Shown: positions 1 through 9,904, counted from the first letter of the stretch. The stretch: 64,000 nucleotides of DNA from a virus (IMGVR_UViG_3300032053_000009:82630-146629), one strand, 5' to 3'. The notes: generated by a model not told the origin, from the sequence alone. Numbers and translations: made by a program.

Positions 1-34
1 TGGATATGCCTCTGGCTCGATCTAACGAGCCTAT

Positions 35-463
35 TTAAGCGCCGTCCCTCGGCGGTTGAGTAACCCTGTCCATTATCTCCGAATGTCCTGCGGGCGGACT
101 CGCAGGGTCGATAATGGGCTGATTCTTGTATTTAGGTCTCAACCGATCCCGTTCCTTCGTAAATCCCTGTCCTGCCTCTTCCTCGCCGCTTGGGTCGGCG
201 CCCATTGCTGACGGCGCCTCGCTTTCTTGATCGTCTGTCCAGTTATCGCCCGTTTGCGTCGTCGCTGGCTCCCGATCCTGAATGTCCCACCGACCCGCTT
301 CAATCGACGACAGTGGAATGGATGAGTGGACAGATAGCCCATGAATAAAGCCCCGCAGCCCGATCTTTCCATTATGAATCCACTTCACTGTCCATTTCTT
401 AAAGCCGCCTTTTTCAATCAGCACGTCACCGACCGATATTGACGAAACCCAAGACGTTCCCAT
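35..463 (-). CDS. hypothetical protein (142 aa)
   Basis: Intact minus-strand ORF at the window edge. The N-terminal half looks globular and the C-terminal half is acidic and disordered. Confidence 0.3.
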   Translation of the reverse strand: MGTSWVSSISVGDVLIEKGGFKKWTVKWIHNGKIGLRGFIHGLSVHSSIPLSSIEAGRWDIQDREPATTQTGDNWTDDQESEAPSAMGADPSGEEEAGQGFTKERDRLRPKYKNQPIIDPASPPAGHSEIMDRVTQPPRDGA

Positions 464-690
464 ATCAACCTTCTAACGGCACGATTTCGCCAAGATCTTC
501 CTTGAATTGACCTTTCTTGGCTCGAATGTCAGCAGCCATCTGTTCCAGATGAGCGGCCAGCTTCTCCCTGAATCCATCTCTCTTAAGCCATTCATAACAC
601 TTCATCGTCACCCCGCAACCAGGTTCACCAATGTCATCCAAATAACAACCCGTGTCGTCATCAGTCACGACGCTGATACTTAAAAGATCA

Positions 691-915
691 TCACTTGGGA
701 CTGCCACTCTTGTCCAGCTCACGCTTTTTCTCCTCTGCGAACGTCCGCATCGCTTCCACGGTGTCAAACTTCGGGCACTTGCCCTTGACGATCTCTTTGG
801 CGCTGATAAAACAATGACACACCGAGCACCGAAGCGCTGCGATGTAAACGCCAAACATATCCCGCTTACTGAGCGGACACTGGCTGCATATTTCGACCGT
901 TACTGGGAACGCCAT
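691..915 (-). CDS. small Cys-rich (zinc-ribbon-like) protein, 74 aa
   Basis: It carries CxxC...CxxCxC...C spacing. It overlaps an alternative minus ORF at 465-854 in another frame, so only one of the two is likely real. Confidence 0.25.
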   Translation of the reverse strand: MAFPVTVEICSQCPLSKRDMFGVYIAALRCSVCHCFISAKEIVKGKCPKFDTVEAMRTFAEEKKRELDKSGSPK

Positions 916-1096
916 TCTTTTTCCATTTCTGTCGATGTTCGATCAAATGCTCTCTGCACAAGACGTGACCGATGGCAGCCTTGTCTTGACACAAGGGGCA
1001 TAAACCCAACCTTTTTGACTTTTCGTATTTCCTCTTCTGTATTCTTTTCCAATTGCGGACTCGCCCGTAAATCCGGCGTCGCCGCAAGAGGGTCAT
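866..1096 (-). CDS. small basic CxxC/His protein (possible degenerate HNH), 76 aa
   Basis: The sequence contains 'LCPLCQDKAAIGHVLCREHLIEH'. The gene sits directly downstream of the 477-aa gene with a 4-nt overlap. Confidence 0.25.
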   Translation of the reverse strand: MTLLRRRRIYGRVRNWKRIQKRKYEKSKRLGLCPLCQDKAAIGHVLCREHLIEHRQKWKKNGVPSNGRNMQPVSAQ

Positions 1097-2526
1097 TTTT
1101 TGGTGAAGTCCGTAGGCACCAAGCCTTTTTCAATATTGCCGATGATGGCGTCAAAACAACCTTGGCAATCAAACCGATAATGAGCCAGCTTCACAATGTC
1201 CACGCCCTTGTCTTCCAGCTTGGACAGACGTTCCACCAGACCGTCAAAGTCCTTTTTGTCGATGGCGCTGTACACGGCGGCGAACTTGGCATCCTTCTCA
1301 GCCCGCTTCGCCATAGAGTCGATAATGAGCGATGAGTGAGTTGGTTTGACCGCATCCGCTTTGACTTCTTCCTTCTTTTCTGGCGCCACGACAGGAGCCG
1401 GAGCGCAATTGATACAAGCTGCAAACGCCGACTCTCTTTTGGTGCGTCCTTTGCTGGGCTTGAAGCCTGCTTCAGCGATCTTCGCTTCCACGCATTTATC
1501 AATGCTGGCCGCTTCTTCCCGTGTTTTGGCGATGATGTACATTCCGCCTTCACGCTTCATGTACCCGCCAATAGCCTCTTTCCAGCCGCTGGCGTCACGT
1601 GGCTTAACTCGATCCAAGGTGCGAGCGATGGTAGTCAGCATTTTATCAATGCGTTCGATCATGGTGTTGGAAGACTGAAGCCCGATGTGGGCAACGGCTT
1701 TCCCGAACACTTCAGGATCAACCTGCTCGTTCGTGGCGTGGCAATAGAACCCGTACAGCGTGGCGTATTCGTCAGCCATGTCCGTGAACGAAGCAAACCG
1801 CTCCGGCAACGTCGGCTCCGCATCGTCAGACACAGGATTTTTGAGCCAAGCATTGACCTTGGTCAAGCTCGCATCCTTTTCCGTTATGTTCTTGCCGTCT
1901 TCCTTGTACGATTCGCCGCTAACATCCGACTCATGCGTTTCGGATTTGATCGGTTTCTGATCGCCTTCAGGAGCCTTTGTCTTCTCCTGATTGCCTTCTT
2001 CCTTATATTCTTCGCCGATCTTTTCATCCTTCTGAGTCTTTTGCGGGATCGCCTTCTGGTCGCCAGAAGGTTCGTCGAGCACTTTTTCGCTCTCGCCATC
2101 GTTTTCCTTAAAATCGTATCCGATGGATTTGTCAGTCGTGCCTGGCTTAATGTCTTTGTTGGCTTCGCCAGGAGTCGATTCAGCTTTCTTCATCCAAGCC
2201 GATGGCTTGGAAGCGCTCATGGTCTTGCCTTCACTCATGACATCTTTCGCAGGCTTCTCTGTGTGAGTTTTTTGTGGCACGTCTTTCTGTTTCCCTTCGG
2301 GTGCGTCAGTTTTGTCCTGATTGTCGGTGCGCTTGTAGCCTTCGCCGACAGCTTCATCAGGGCGAGTCGTTTCTTTCGGCTCTTTCTGATCGCCTTTTGG
2401 TTCGTCCATCACTGTGAACTTCTCTTCTTCTCTGTAGTCTTTGCCGATGCCAGAATCCGTCGTTCCAGGTTTAATCGCCTTATTCGGGACTCCTGGCGTC
2501 ACATCCGCATTTTTAGTCCATTGCAT
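1093..2526 (-). CDS. K/E/D-rich tandem-repeat protein, 477 aa (virion-associated?)
   Basis: It has an AAGGAGG RBS. The N-terminal 200 aa form two tandem copies of about 95 aa each. The C-terminal half looks globular and contains Cys motifs. Confidence 0.6.
   Translation of the reverse strand: MQWTKNADVTPGVPNKAIKPGTTDSGIGKDYREEEKFTVMDEPKGDQKEPKETTRPDEAVGEGYKRTDNQDKTDAPEGKQKDVPQKTHTEKPAKDVMSEGKTMSASKPSAWMKKAESTPGEANKDIKPGTTDKSIGYDFKENDGESEKVLDEPSGDQKAIPQKTQKDEKIGEEYKEEGNQEKTKAPEGDQKPIKSETHESDVSGESYKEDGKNITEKDASLTKVNAWLKNPVSDDAEPTLPERFASFTDMADEYATLYGFYCHATNEQVDPEVFGKAVAHIGLQSSNTMIERIDKMLTTIARTLDRVKPRDASGWKEAIGGYMKREGGMYIIAKTREEAASIDKCVEAKIAEAGFKPSKGRTKRESAFAACINCAPAPVVAPEKKEEVKADAVKPTHSSLIIDSMAKRAEKDAKFAAVYSAIDKKDFDGLVERLSKLEDKGVDIVKLAHYRFDCQGCFDAIIGNIEKGLVPTDFTKK
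1930..2520 (-). repeat. in-frame tandem duplication (~285 nt x2) inside the 477-aa gene
   Basis: Protein residues about 3-97 and 112-200 align: TKNADVTPGVPNKAIKPGTTDSGIGKDY... against AESTPGEANKDIKPGTTDKSIGYDF... Confidence 0.6.
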
Positions 2527-2613
2527 TTGCGTATCCTCCTTAATAACTTTGTAAGTTCAGACGGTTTCCGTCGGTAAATGACTACCGCTGTCCGTCGTCT
2601 ACCGAAATCTTTT

Positions 2614-2910
2614 TCATTTTTCTATGTTTGATCTAATTCTTGCTGTGATGGCGCTGATGATCTGAGTTCCCCACGCTATCAGCGCCCCTTCCAAAGTGTT
2701 CAACTGGTCAAGCAACTTCCCCACTACCATGTCTGTAAAAGAACCAGGCGTCTTGCCCATTTTGTAAATCACCACAACAAAAACTGTGATAATGAGAATC
2801 AGTCCGACGATAATAATCCACTCCACTCGAAACACCGACTGACTGAACACCTTGATCTTCTCCGTAATCCGCATCGGCTGTCCGATCTGTGGCGGATTCG
2901 GAGTTCCCAT
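2614..2910 (-). CDS. small membrane protein, 98 aa
   Basis: It has one strong transmembrane helix (IIIVGLILIITVFVVVIY). Its stop overlaps the start of the upstream gene. Confidence 0.5.
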   Translation of the reverse strand: MGTPNPPQIGQPMRITEKIKVFSQSVFRVEWIIIVGLILIITVFVVVIYKMGKTPGSFTDMVVGKLLDQLNTLEGALIAWGTQIISAITARIRSNIEK

Positions 2911-3674
2911 TATCTCCCCATGCTATTGAACACGTCTAAGATATTGCTGACGCCACGACTGATGGCGCCGCCGATCCCGACAGGTAATTGCAGCGTGCCG
3001 ATGCTCTCACCCTGAAACGCAAACTCAAGTTTGATGAGAGCCAGAAGATCGTTCACGATCTTCTGCACGTTTTGAATAGCGACATTGATTTTGGCTCCAC
3101 GATCAATGTTAAGAGCGATGCCGTTGTCGTTGTAATTGTAATCATTGATCGACAACCCCAAATACTGGTTCAAAAGCGCAAACAACTGCGCCAAATAAAG
3201 CAGCATCATTTCATATCCACAGCAAGGAAAATTCGCAATGGTGAAGCACGTCACAGGTGGATAAATATTGAAGGCGTTAAGAGCCAGGTGAATATCAATC
3301 AACAACTGCTGATCCGTCAACTGAGTGCCTGTGAGAGGATCGCTGGTAATGACCGAACCCAACATCTGACGAAGCGTGTAAACCAGCCTCGCTTCTTTCG
3401 GCGTCAGATCCAGCGCCGCAGGCACATAACCTGACGCCTGGCTGGTAGCGGAATCAAAAAACTTAATGCTGTAAAAATTATTGGTTCCGTTACCAGCCGT
3501 GTTGTCTAAATATGAGGTAACAAATGCAGGTGGACAATTCGCTATCCCAGAGGGAATGGTGGCGATCAAAGAATACGTGTCTCCTTCTGAAACGGAGCGA
3601 AAGATTTGAATCTGATCGTAGTTCGCCGACCCCTGGATGTTGGCTGGAATTGTCCAATTGATTTGTGTGCTCAA
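2910..3674 (-). CDS. hypothetical virion-module protein, 254 aa
   Basis: Long ORF in the late operon. It overlaps its neighbours with ATGA-type junctions. Confidence 0.55.
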   Translation of the reverse strand: MSTQINWTIPANIQGSANYDQIQIFRSVSEGDTYSLIATIPSGIANCPPAFVTSYLDNTAGNGTNNFYSIKFFDSATSQASGYVPAALDLTPKEARLVYTLRQMLGSVITSDPLTGTQLTDQQLLIDIHLALNAFNIYPPVTCFTIANFPCCGYEMMLLYLAQLFALLNQYLGLSINDYNYNDNGIALNIDRGAKINVAIQNVQKIVNDLLALIKLEFAFQGESIGTLQLPVGIGGAISRGVSNILDVFNSMGR

Positions 3675-4249
3675 GTCGCTTCCTCCTCATGATTTGGCTC
3701 AAAGTCATCTTTGGCAACAATCACTTTTCTCGTACCGGACTTAATTTCATCCACGTTGAGAATGACAACCGGAATGCCAACCTGCCCGCCGTGCTCAATC
3801 AAAGGCATCTTGAACCACTTGCGCTTGGGCGTGTTGTAGGCGTACATATGGTTGTTCTTGCGACTGTCGTCTTTCTCGAACGGAGGCAGCACGCCATAGC
3901 TGTGAACTTTTATGCGTGCCTCCAACTGTTCGTCCGGCACTTCAGATGGTCCAAACACAACCCTGAACCAATAATCCTCATTGGGCACCAGATTATTGTT
4001 GTCGTGGCGCACCAGCGCCATCTCCGTGTTCGGGATCTCAATCTTAATGCCTTCGCCTGATGCTGTGCCGTGCCGTACCGGACGGTAATGATCGTCATGC
4101 TCCTCAACAGAAATAGCGATGTTGGATCGCTGATGATCAGTCAGTCCTGTCGTGTCCCACAAAAGCGTGATCAGCTCTTGCGTGCGCCGATACACACGAA
4201 GTCGTATCGGCGGCTTATGAACTTGACTATTAGGTGTTGCAGTATTCAT
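3671..4249 (-). CDS. hypothetical virion-module protein, 192 aa
   Basis: Long ORF downstream of the capsid genes. Confidence 0.55.
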   Translation of the reverse strand: MNTATPNSQVHKPPIRLRVYRRTQELITLLWDTTGLTDHQRSNIAISVEEHDDHYRPVRHGTASGEGIKIEIPNTEMALVRHDNNNLVPNEDYWFRVVFGPSEVPDEQLEARIKVHSYGVLPPFEKDDSRKNNHMYAYNTPKRKWFKMPLIEHGGQVGIPVVILNVDEIKSGTRKVIVAKDDFEPNHEEEAT

Positions 4250-4264
4250 TTTCAGTCTTCTCCT

Positions 4265-5530
4265 TTAGGCGATTTGTAGTTGAGCAACCCGTTCATCAAT
4301 CATTTTTTTCATTGGCGAACCCGCAGGCAAAAAGCTCGCCAGCTCGGTTAGCTTCTCAACATCATTTTCTTTGACAATAAACAGTTTTTGTTCCCCTGGC
4401 GTGGCGGATATGAACTTCGCCACATAAGCCGGAGCGTTCTTCGGCATCGTAGGAGCTTTAACGGATTTGATCGCCTTCACTTTCTCTTGATACTTCTTGT
4501 TGGCGATCCTCTTCTTCTCCGCCTTGCTCATTTCACGTCCGGCGTGCTCAATCGTGTCCGTGATCAACCGTCCGGTCGTCACTTCAGCGCCGCCAAGCGG
4601 ATTCTCTTTGCCGCCATTAATGATGATCGTGCCACGATCTTCATCAACAGGTTCTTGAATAGGCGCTTGCCCTATGCCGCTGACGCCAGAATGTTGACGC
4701 TCAGACATAATGGTTTCAGAATTGACGACACGCCCATCACCCATGACAATCTCCGCTCCTGTAGATACGGGACGGCTCTTCACCTCATCCACATTGAACC
4801 GACCCCCAGAGACAGGCGCTTCCACTTCTTTTGGAAACGGGCGCCCGTGAAGCTGGCTGGCAGGGACGGCTGTTCTGTTTCGGAGAACGTCATCAGCGTG
4901 AATACGTGTGTTGGTGTTTCGTTCAAACTCTCGTTGTCGTGACGGCGGAACAATGCCTCTCTTCAGCACTTCAGAGGCGTTCAGCGTCTTCTTTTGAGGC
5001 TGTTCCGGCTGACTCACCGCAAACTGATCAACGGTAAGCAAGCCTTCCTCATAAGCATACGCCGTGCGCCCATCTGGTAGCGACACAATCCAGCGTCCGT
5101 CCGTGCCACGCCGACCAACGATCTTGCCGGAAAGATTGGATGGACCTTTGATGTAAACGAAATCCCCAACAATAAATTTGGGATTAACGAACTCAGTTCC
5201 GGCAGCCGACACATAAGTTCCACCCTGATCGTCCAACGCTTGAACATCCACACCTTCGGGGACTCGTGAACGTGGCATTGGCAGGGGTTCTATAGTGGCT
5301 CGGATGGTTCGTTTAAGCGGAGGCGGCAACACTTCAAGCGGGCTGTCCTCTTGAACGAGAATGCCCACCTGATAAAAATGACGAATGTCGCTTGATTGGC
5401 GAACTTCGTCAGCAGTGAAACTACGTGACAAAGACCGAGGCATGATGCTGGCTGGCCTGGTCAGGTCGTTGATGATGAGTGTGCTGTTGGTGGTGTTTCT
5501 GAAGTAATAATATTCTTGTTCTGTATTCAT
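4265..5530 (-). CDS. hypothetical virion protein, 421 aa (start at MNTEQ)
   Basis: An AAGGAGAG RBS lies 7 nt before the ATG at 5530. The protein has a KOW/SH3-like segment (FIVGDFVYIKGPSNLSGKIVGRRG). Confidence 0.55.
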   Translation of the reverse strand: MNTEQEYYYFRNTTNSTLIINDLTRPASIMPRSLSRSFTADEVRQSSDIRHFYQVGILVQEDSPLEVLPPPLKRTIRATIEPLPMPRSRVPEGVDVQALDDQGGTYVSAAGTEFVNPKFIVGDFVYIKGPSNLSGKIVGRRGTDGRWIVSLPDGRTAYAYEEGLLTVDQFAVSQPEQPQKKTLNASEVLKRGIVPPSRQREFERNTNTRIHADDVLRNRTAVPASQLHGRPFPKEVEAPVSGGRFNVDEVKSRPVSTGAEIVMGDGRVVNSETIMSERQHSGVSGIGQAPIQEPVDEDRGTIIINGGKENPLGGAEVTTGRLITDTIEHAGREMSKAEKKRIANKKYQEKVKAIKSVKAPTMPKNAPAYVAKFISATPGEQKLFIVKENDVEKLTELASFLPAGSPMKKMIDERVAQLQIA

Positions 5531-5601
5531 GGCTTTACTCTCCTTATTCGTTTTATCTGGTTTCAAGTTCATTATTCACGAACTTTCACTTCTGCTTAAG
5601 A

Positions 5602-5638
5602 AACCAGGGGGAGGAGCGGGAAGCCCCGCCCCCTGGTT
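5602..5638 (-). terminator. GC-rich stem-loop immediately downstream of the capsid gene
   Basis: AACCAGGGGG pairs with CCCCCTGGTT around GC-rich inner pairs. There is no strong U-tract, so it may act as an attenuator or an RNA-stability element. Confidence 0.35.
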
Positions 5639-5668
5639 AAAACAATTCAGTTTTCGATAGCCTCAGAC

Positions 5669-6670
5669 TTACGCTATGTCGAGTTCCACGACGCCCGCTG
5701 TGTTATGGATACCCATTCCGATTTGCTCCCATCCGAAGATGTCGTATTGCCCTTGGGGAACGTTGTCAAAGATTTTCACTTCGACTTTTTTCCGCTCAGG
5801 TAAACGTCCGAGCTTGTCAGGTGTAGTAACCACAAACACTTTATTCAACGGATTTCGTGTAGATACGATCAGTTTCATCCCAAAGATGCTGCCGAAGTAT
5901 CCAGTTTCAACGATGGTGTTCAGTGTTACCTGATCAATATCGTTTGACGGGAACTTCAACAGATCTGAATATTGTTTGGGATTCATGAGGACGGTCGAAG
6001 CAATGAGCTGATTCGTGGTGATGCTGCCCACCATGTCCGCCAACACTGTCTTGGTGACAGCGCTGGAAGAGAACGGTGTATTCGGCGACACTGCTGCCGC
6101 CGCTTGCAACACACGATAAAACTCATCATCCTCGGCAATCGCCATCGCTATAGCGACACGTTCTTTCGCACGGTCGAAAATAGGATAACGACGGATCTGG
6201 ATGTCTTCGTACTTAACAACCTCATCAATGCCCAGAACAAAGGTAGGAAACTGCACACGACGGATATTCGTTTCAAACGTGGTCGGAGAACCCAATGCAG
6301 CAAGTTTCACTGCACCGAATTCAGGGATGTCCACGTCGTAGATGGGGAAGTCGCCCTGTGGCATTTCGTCCACAAGAAGAACTTTCCTGTCCACGGAAAC
6401 ATAGTCCAAACGAGTCTTCAAGGGCAACTGCATGGAATACGCCAACCGTCTGAAACCGTTAGGTCCAGACAGTATCTGTGACAATGCGTCTTCCATTTGC
6501 TGTGGCGGAACAGTTGGAAGCAGAGGAGCCGAACCCGCAGAGCGAGCGAAGCCTCCTGTTCCAAGATGTCCTGAACCACCAACAGCATTTGCGGCTTTCA
6601 TGATTTGAGCAATGAAGCGGTCTTTGGCCGCTCCGTTTAACTCACCCATCAGGTTTTGTCCTGGTAGCAT
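5669..6670 (-). CDS. putative major capsid protein, 333 aa
   Basis: The call rests on position (portal, protease/scaffold, scaffold, small protein, then this gene), on a size typical of HK97-fold capsid proteins, and on an AGGAGA RBS. The hairpin described above follows it. Confidence 0.5.
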   Translation of the reverse strand: MLPGQNLMGELNGAAKDRFIAQIMKAANAVGGSGHLGTGGFARSAGSAPLLPTVPPQQMEDALSQILSGPNGFRRLAYSMQLPLKTRLDYVSVDRKVLLVDEMPQGDFPIYDVDIPEFGAVKLAALGSPTTFETNIRRVQFPTFVLGIDEVVKYEDIQIRRYPIFDRAKERVAIAMAIAEDDEFYRVLQAAAAVSPNTPFSSSAVTKTVLADMVGSITTNQLIASTVLMNPKQYSDLLKFPSNDIDQVTLNTIVETGYFGSIFGMKLIVSTRNPLNKVFVVTTPDKLGRLPERKKVEVKIFDNVPQGQYDIFGWEQIGMGIHNTAGVVELDIA

Positions 6671-6700
6671 GATAGTCTCCTGTTAGTTGTTCAGTTCCGC

Positions 6701-7171
6701 TTAGGCGAGAAGCCCAAGTCGAATCTCCATATTGGGGTTTGTACCCGTCGGCGGTATATTCACTCGGCCAATGAAATTGGTCAAGCCATTGGCTTGTCCA
6801 GAATCATTCGTGATTAGACCTGAAGAGTTCGTCCACAGGTTGTCATTCACGTGATAAGTCAAGAGAGAATCATACACGTCGATTGTGGTCGTTCCATTGA
6901 CGGTAGAATAGAGAGACGGTGACACAGTGACAATCCCAGCTTTAACAACATTGAGCTTGCCTGAACCGAATGCACCGAACTCTCCAAACGTATCGTCCCG
7001 ATAGCTGTTCTTATCGTTTTTGGACAGACCATAAACTAACGTGGCTTGTGTGGAGGCGATGACTTGCGCATTGCTGTCCAACGACACTGGGCGGCCTGCA
7101 TAGACCACGGCAGCGCTGTTGGCAACTTTGGTTGAGTCCTCTTCCACTCTCCTGTCAGTATTAATAGCCAT
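6701..7171 (-). CDS. putative head decoration/auxiliary capsid protein, 156 aa
   Basis: It lies between the scaffold and capsid genes and is rich in Ser/Thr/Asn/Gly, consistent with a beta-rich fold. It has a GGAGGAA RBS. Confidence 0.4.
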   Translation of the reverse strand: MAINTDRRVEEDSTKVANSAAVVYAGRPVSLDSNAQVIASTQATLVYGLSKNDKNSYRDDTFGEFGAFGSGKLNVVKAGIVTVSPSLYSTVNGTTTIDVYDSLLTYHVNDNLWTNSSGLITNDSGQANGLTNFIGRVNIPPTGTNPNMEIRLGLLA

Positions 7172-7212
7172 TTGTGAATTCCTCCGATTGTTGGAGTTGT
7201 AGCTTGTTCTGA

Positions 7213-8244
7213 TTAATTAGAATCAGAACGATTGATGGTGTCTTGAGTCCACAGTTGGGAGAATCGTTCGACCACGCTGCCTTGTGCGGTCTTATCAGGA
7301 CCAAGCACTACAGGCGGCACATCTTCCCCTCCCTCGTCAAGACTTCCCATTGCTCCCATTTCAGGTGTCGGTGCTTCTTCGATTTTCGGTTTTCCTGCGC
7401 CAGATTGTGCAGCCTCTAACTTTTCAACCACGTCTTCGACGGCAAGCAACGCCTTCTCGTCAAGGTTAGCCAGAGACTTGCGGATTCCTTCGAGTTCTGC
7501 TTCCTTAAGACCCATCGCAGACATCTCATGCAAGATGCTGTCAATGTGCTGAGCAACTGCCTGCTTCACTTCTTCCTCAGCTTTTTTCTTAAGGGCTGCT
7601 TTCGCTTCTGCGGCTTCTTTAGCCATTGCATCGGCTCTTTTGACAGCCTCAGTTTTTTCCTCAAGCGCTCTCTTCAAGAGCTTGAGAGGACCGCTAAGAT
7701 TTTTGGATTTGAGGTCGATTGCTTTCGCTGGTTCACCAACGCCGCCTGCGTCCGGCAGACGATTGAAGAAGTCTTTGATCTTCCGACCATGCCCAGGAAC
7801 AGAAGACGGCTTGTCAGCCAACTTTTTGTTGGCTTCCACTTCTTCCTCAGACACAGCGCTCGTGATTTCTTCTTTGCTGGCGTCCTGACGTGGCATTTCT
7901 TTTTCATTGATCGCCCAGTTCGCATAGTCAAAGTCCTTGTCCCCAGAGGTTGCAACTCTCTTGAGATCGGCTCTGACCGATATGCGCTGCGCTTCAACCC
8001 ACTTCAGGTATCCGTCGAAAGTCCCACCACATTCTTTTTTGATCATGTCGCAAATCTGTTCGGGTTCCAAGACCTCAGTTTGTTTGCCCTTGACGATGAG
8101 CTTCTGCACATCAACAGGTACAATGTTTGCGGCTTTTACGACTTTGGCTTTCCCAGATCCTTCCCTGGCGATGAAGAAACTTCGCAGGAATGAATCACGT
8201 GGAGTCGCCCCTTCTTGCATGACGTATTTCAGTGTAAAGTCCAT
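7213..8244 (-). CDS. putative scaffolding protein, 343 aa
   Basis: The protein is A/E/K-rich with coiled-coil character (AKEAAEAKAALKKKAEEEVKQ) and acidic. It sits between the protease-like gene and the capsid gene. Confidence 0.45.
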   Translation of the reverse strand: MDFTLKYVMQEGATPRDSFLRSFFIAREGSGKAKVVKAANIVPVDVQKLIVKGKQTEVLEPEQICDMIKKECGGTFDGYLKWVEAQRISVRADLKRVATSGDKDFDYANWAINEKEMPRQDASKEEITSAVSEEEVEANKKLADKPSSVPGHGRKIKDFFNRLPDAGGVGEPAKAIDLKSKNLSGPLKLLKRALEEKTEAVKRADAMAKEAAEAKAALKKKAEEEVKQAVAQHIDSILHEMSAMGLKEAELEGIRKSLANLDEKALLAVEDVVEKLEAAQSGAGKPKIEEAPTPEMGAMGSLDEGGEDVPPVVLGPDKTAQGSVVERFSQLWTQDTINRSDSN

Positions 8245-8263
8245 TTGTGTGTCCTCCTAATCA

Positions 8264-9904
8264 TTATTTCGGCGTTTCCGCCGTGTCTGTTTTCCTGTCT
8301 ACTCCAAGCGCTTCACGCCACAAGGCTATCTTCGTCATTTCAGGGATTTCAGGATTCAGGGGACTGAGCCAAACGTTTGTCGCTGTTCCGCTTCTGTACA
8401 ACCGAAGCAAATTTTTGCCTGCTTCACGCCGAAGCGCTAAGCCAGGACCAATCTCAATGTGATCCGAAGCAGGCAGGGCTACCATAGATGAATACAACTG
8501 TTTCAAAAACGCTTCCTTAAAAGGTTCGCTCATTGACGATTTCCTAATCACCTTGTCAATGAGAACCGACGCCATCACTTTAGGTCCATAAAATTCATCC
8601 GGTGCGCAGGCGGTATCAGGCGGATTCGTAATCTCTTCGTGAACCTTTTGCACCTCTTCCGTCATCTCGCCACGATGCTCTTCCACCTGCTTCTTCACTT
8701 CATTCATAATAGGAAGTTGCGCCTGCGCCAGGAGATCTGATAACAGGGCGTCCACTTGCCGCATGACCTCCATTGACACAATGCCGTCAATGCGAGACTT
8801 AATGGCTTCCTTGATAGCTTCTTCGATCTTCTCCGGCACGGGCTTGGCGGCTTCTTGGATCTCGGTCAAGAGATCCGGCGCCCCCACGCCATCAGGATTG
8901 ATTAAAACGTTCGCCTTCTTCTTTTTCTTCTCTTCCTCTTCGTCAATATGACGCACAACCACGTTCCCGCCACCCCCATGAGTGGTGGTGCTGGGCATCT
9001 GATCCATGACTTTCTTGGGATTGGCGGCGCCGGAGTCAATAGCCGGATTGCCTTGGAAGGTTGAAGGAGACTGGATGTTCAGCGCTGTGCGTTCCATTGC
9101 TTTACGCAATGCGTACCGCTCTTCCGTAGACAGCCGCCCCAAAGCCACGTCAAGCGTGCACTTCCCATCTGGACAGCCCTCTGAAAGCGCTTTCTTGTTC
9201 TGGTAATTGGCGGCGTGCTGAAGCAAATTGTTTTGGATGGCGGCGAACACTTCAAAGACGTGGGCTTCGATGTCGGCGGGCTGCGCCACGCCAGAGAGTT
9301 CGGAGAAGGTGACTTTGCGATTGGTCTCGTAGGCTTTTTTGCCGTCCGGCATGAGCCGACCCTTGCAATAGGTTTGAGACATGGGGTTCATATGCTCACA
9401 CAGCTCATGCTGATTGTGCGCCACGTTGTGACACAGCGAGCACTCCGCCTCTTCAACCACGCAGCCCATTGAAACGCTGTTCAGGATGCCGGATTCAATT
9501 TGGCGGGCGATGTCGGCATACGCCTTCCGATCCACGGCAACCAAGCACTCAATATACCGACCCTCTTTGTGCCAGACTGAATCAAGGATGATGCCTTTCG
9601 CTTTCTCAATGCTGTCGCTGTCGTGCTCAATGTAAAACCCCTTGCCAACAAACGATTTGTACGAGGACTCAAGTTCCTTCTCTTCAAAATAGTCGCCGTT
9701 GCCATTGGGCACATCGGCTGTGATAGAGCGGGCACGAAAATAAACAAAGTTGTCTGGGTCGTATTCAAAGGCTTCGGCGGGAAGGAAGTCACTCTTCTTC
9801 AGCAACGTGGACTTTTTGACGACATCAAGCCACGACCATTTCTTGGTCACATCATTCTGCATCAGAATGTCAGAAATTTCTATGGTTGCTCGTCGTATAA
9901 ACAT
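8264..9904 (-). CDS. putative prohead protease/scaffold-like morphogenesis protein, 546 aa (start MFIRR)
   Basis: A GGAGGA RBS precedes the ATG at 9904. The N-terminal domain looks globular and has His/Ser/Cys motifs. The C-terminal half is helical and K/E-rich. The gene lies directly downstream of the portal region. Confidence 0.4.
   Translation of the reverse strand: MFIRRATIEISDILMQNDVTKKWSWLDVVKKSTLLKKSDFLPAEAFEYDPDNFVYFRARSITADVPNGNGDYFEEKELESSYKSFVGKGFYIEHDSDSIEKAKGIILDSVWHKEGRYIECLVAVDRKAYADIARQIESGILNSVSMGCVVEEAECSLCHNVAHNQHELCEHMNPMSQTYCKGRLMPDGKKAYETNRKVTFSELSGVAQPADIEAHVFEVFAAIQNNLLQHAANYQNKKALSEGCPDGKCTLDVALGRLSTEERYALRKAMERTALNIQSPSTFQGNPAIDSGAANPKKVMDQMPSTTTHGGGGNVVVRHIDEEEEKKKKKANVLINPDGVGAPDLLTEIQEAAKPVPEKIEEAIKEAIKSRIDGIVSMEVMRQVDALLSDLLAQAQLPIMNEVKKQVEEHRGEMTEEVQKVHEEITNPPDTACAPDEFYGPKVMASVLIDKVIRKSSMSEPFKEAFLKQLYSSMVALPASDHIEIGPGLALRREAGKNLLRLYRSGTATNVWLSPLNPEIPEMTKIALWREALGVDRKTDTAETPK

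Noticed and set aside
465-854. 129-aa minus ORF
   Set aside because: It overlaps the Cys-rich ORF 691-915 in a different frame. Only its last 47 codons or so look protein-like, so it cannot be told apart from the alternative.
652-1335. 227-aa plus-strand ORF
   Set aside because: It is antisense to a stack of minus-strand ORFs in a region where the only motif-supported plus-strand gene is the HNH. Its translation is low-complexity L/R/F-rich and no RBS is present.
1336-2577. 413-aa plus-strand ORF
   Set aside because: It runs antisense through the K/E-rich repeat gene. The translation is F/L/R-rich junk typical of the reverse frame of a GA-rich coding strand.
7528-8193. 221-aa plus-strand ORF inside the scaffold gene
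   Set aside because: It is antisense to a well-supported coiled-coil scaffold gene. F/L/S-rich translation is typical of the opposite frame of A/E/K codons.
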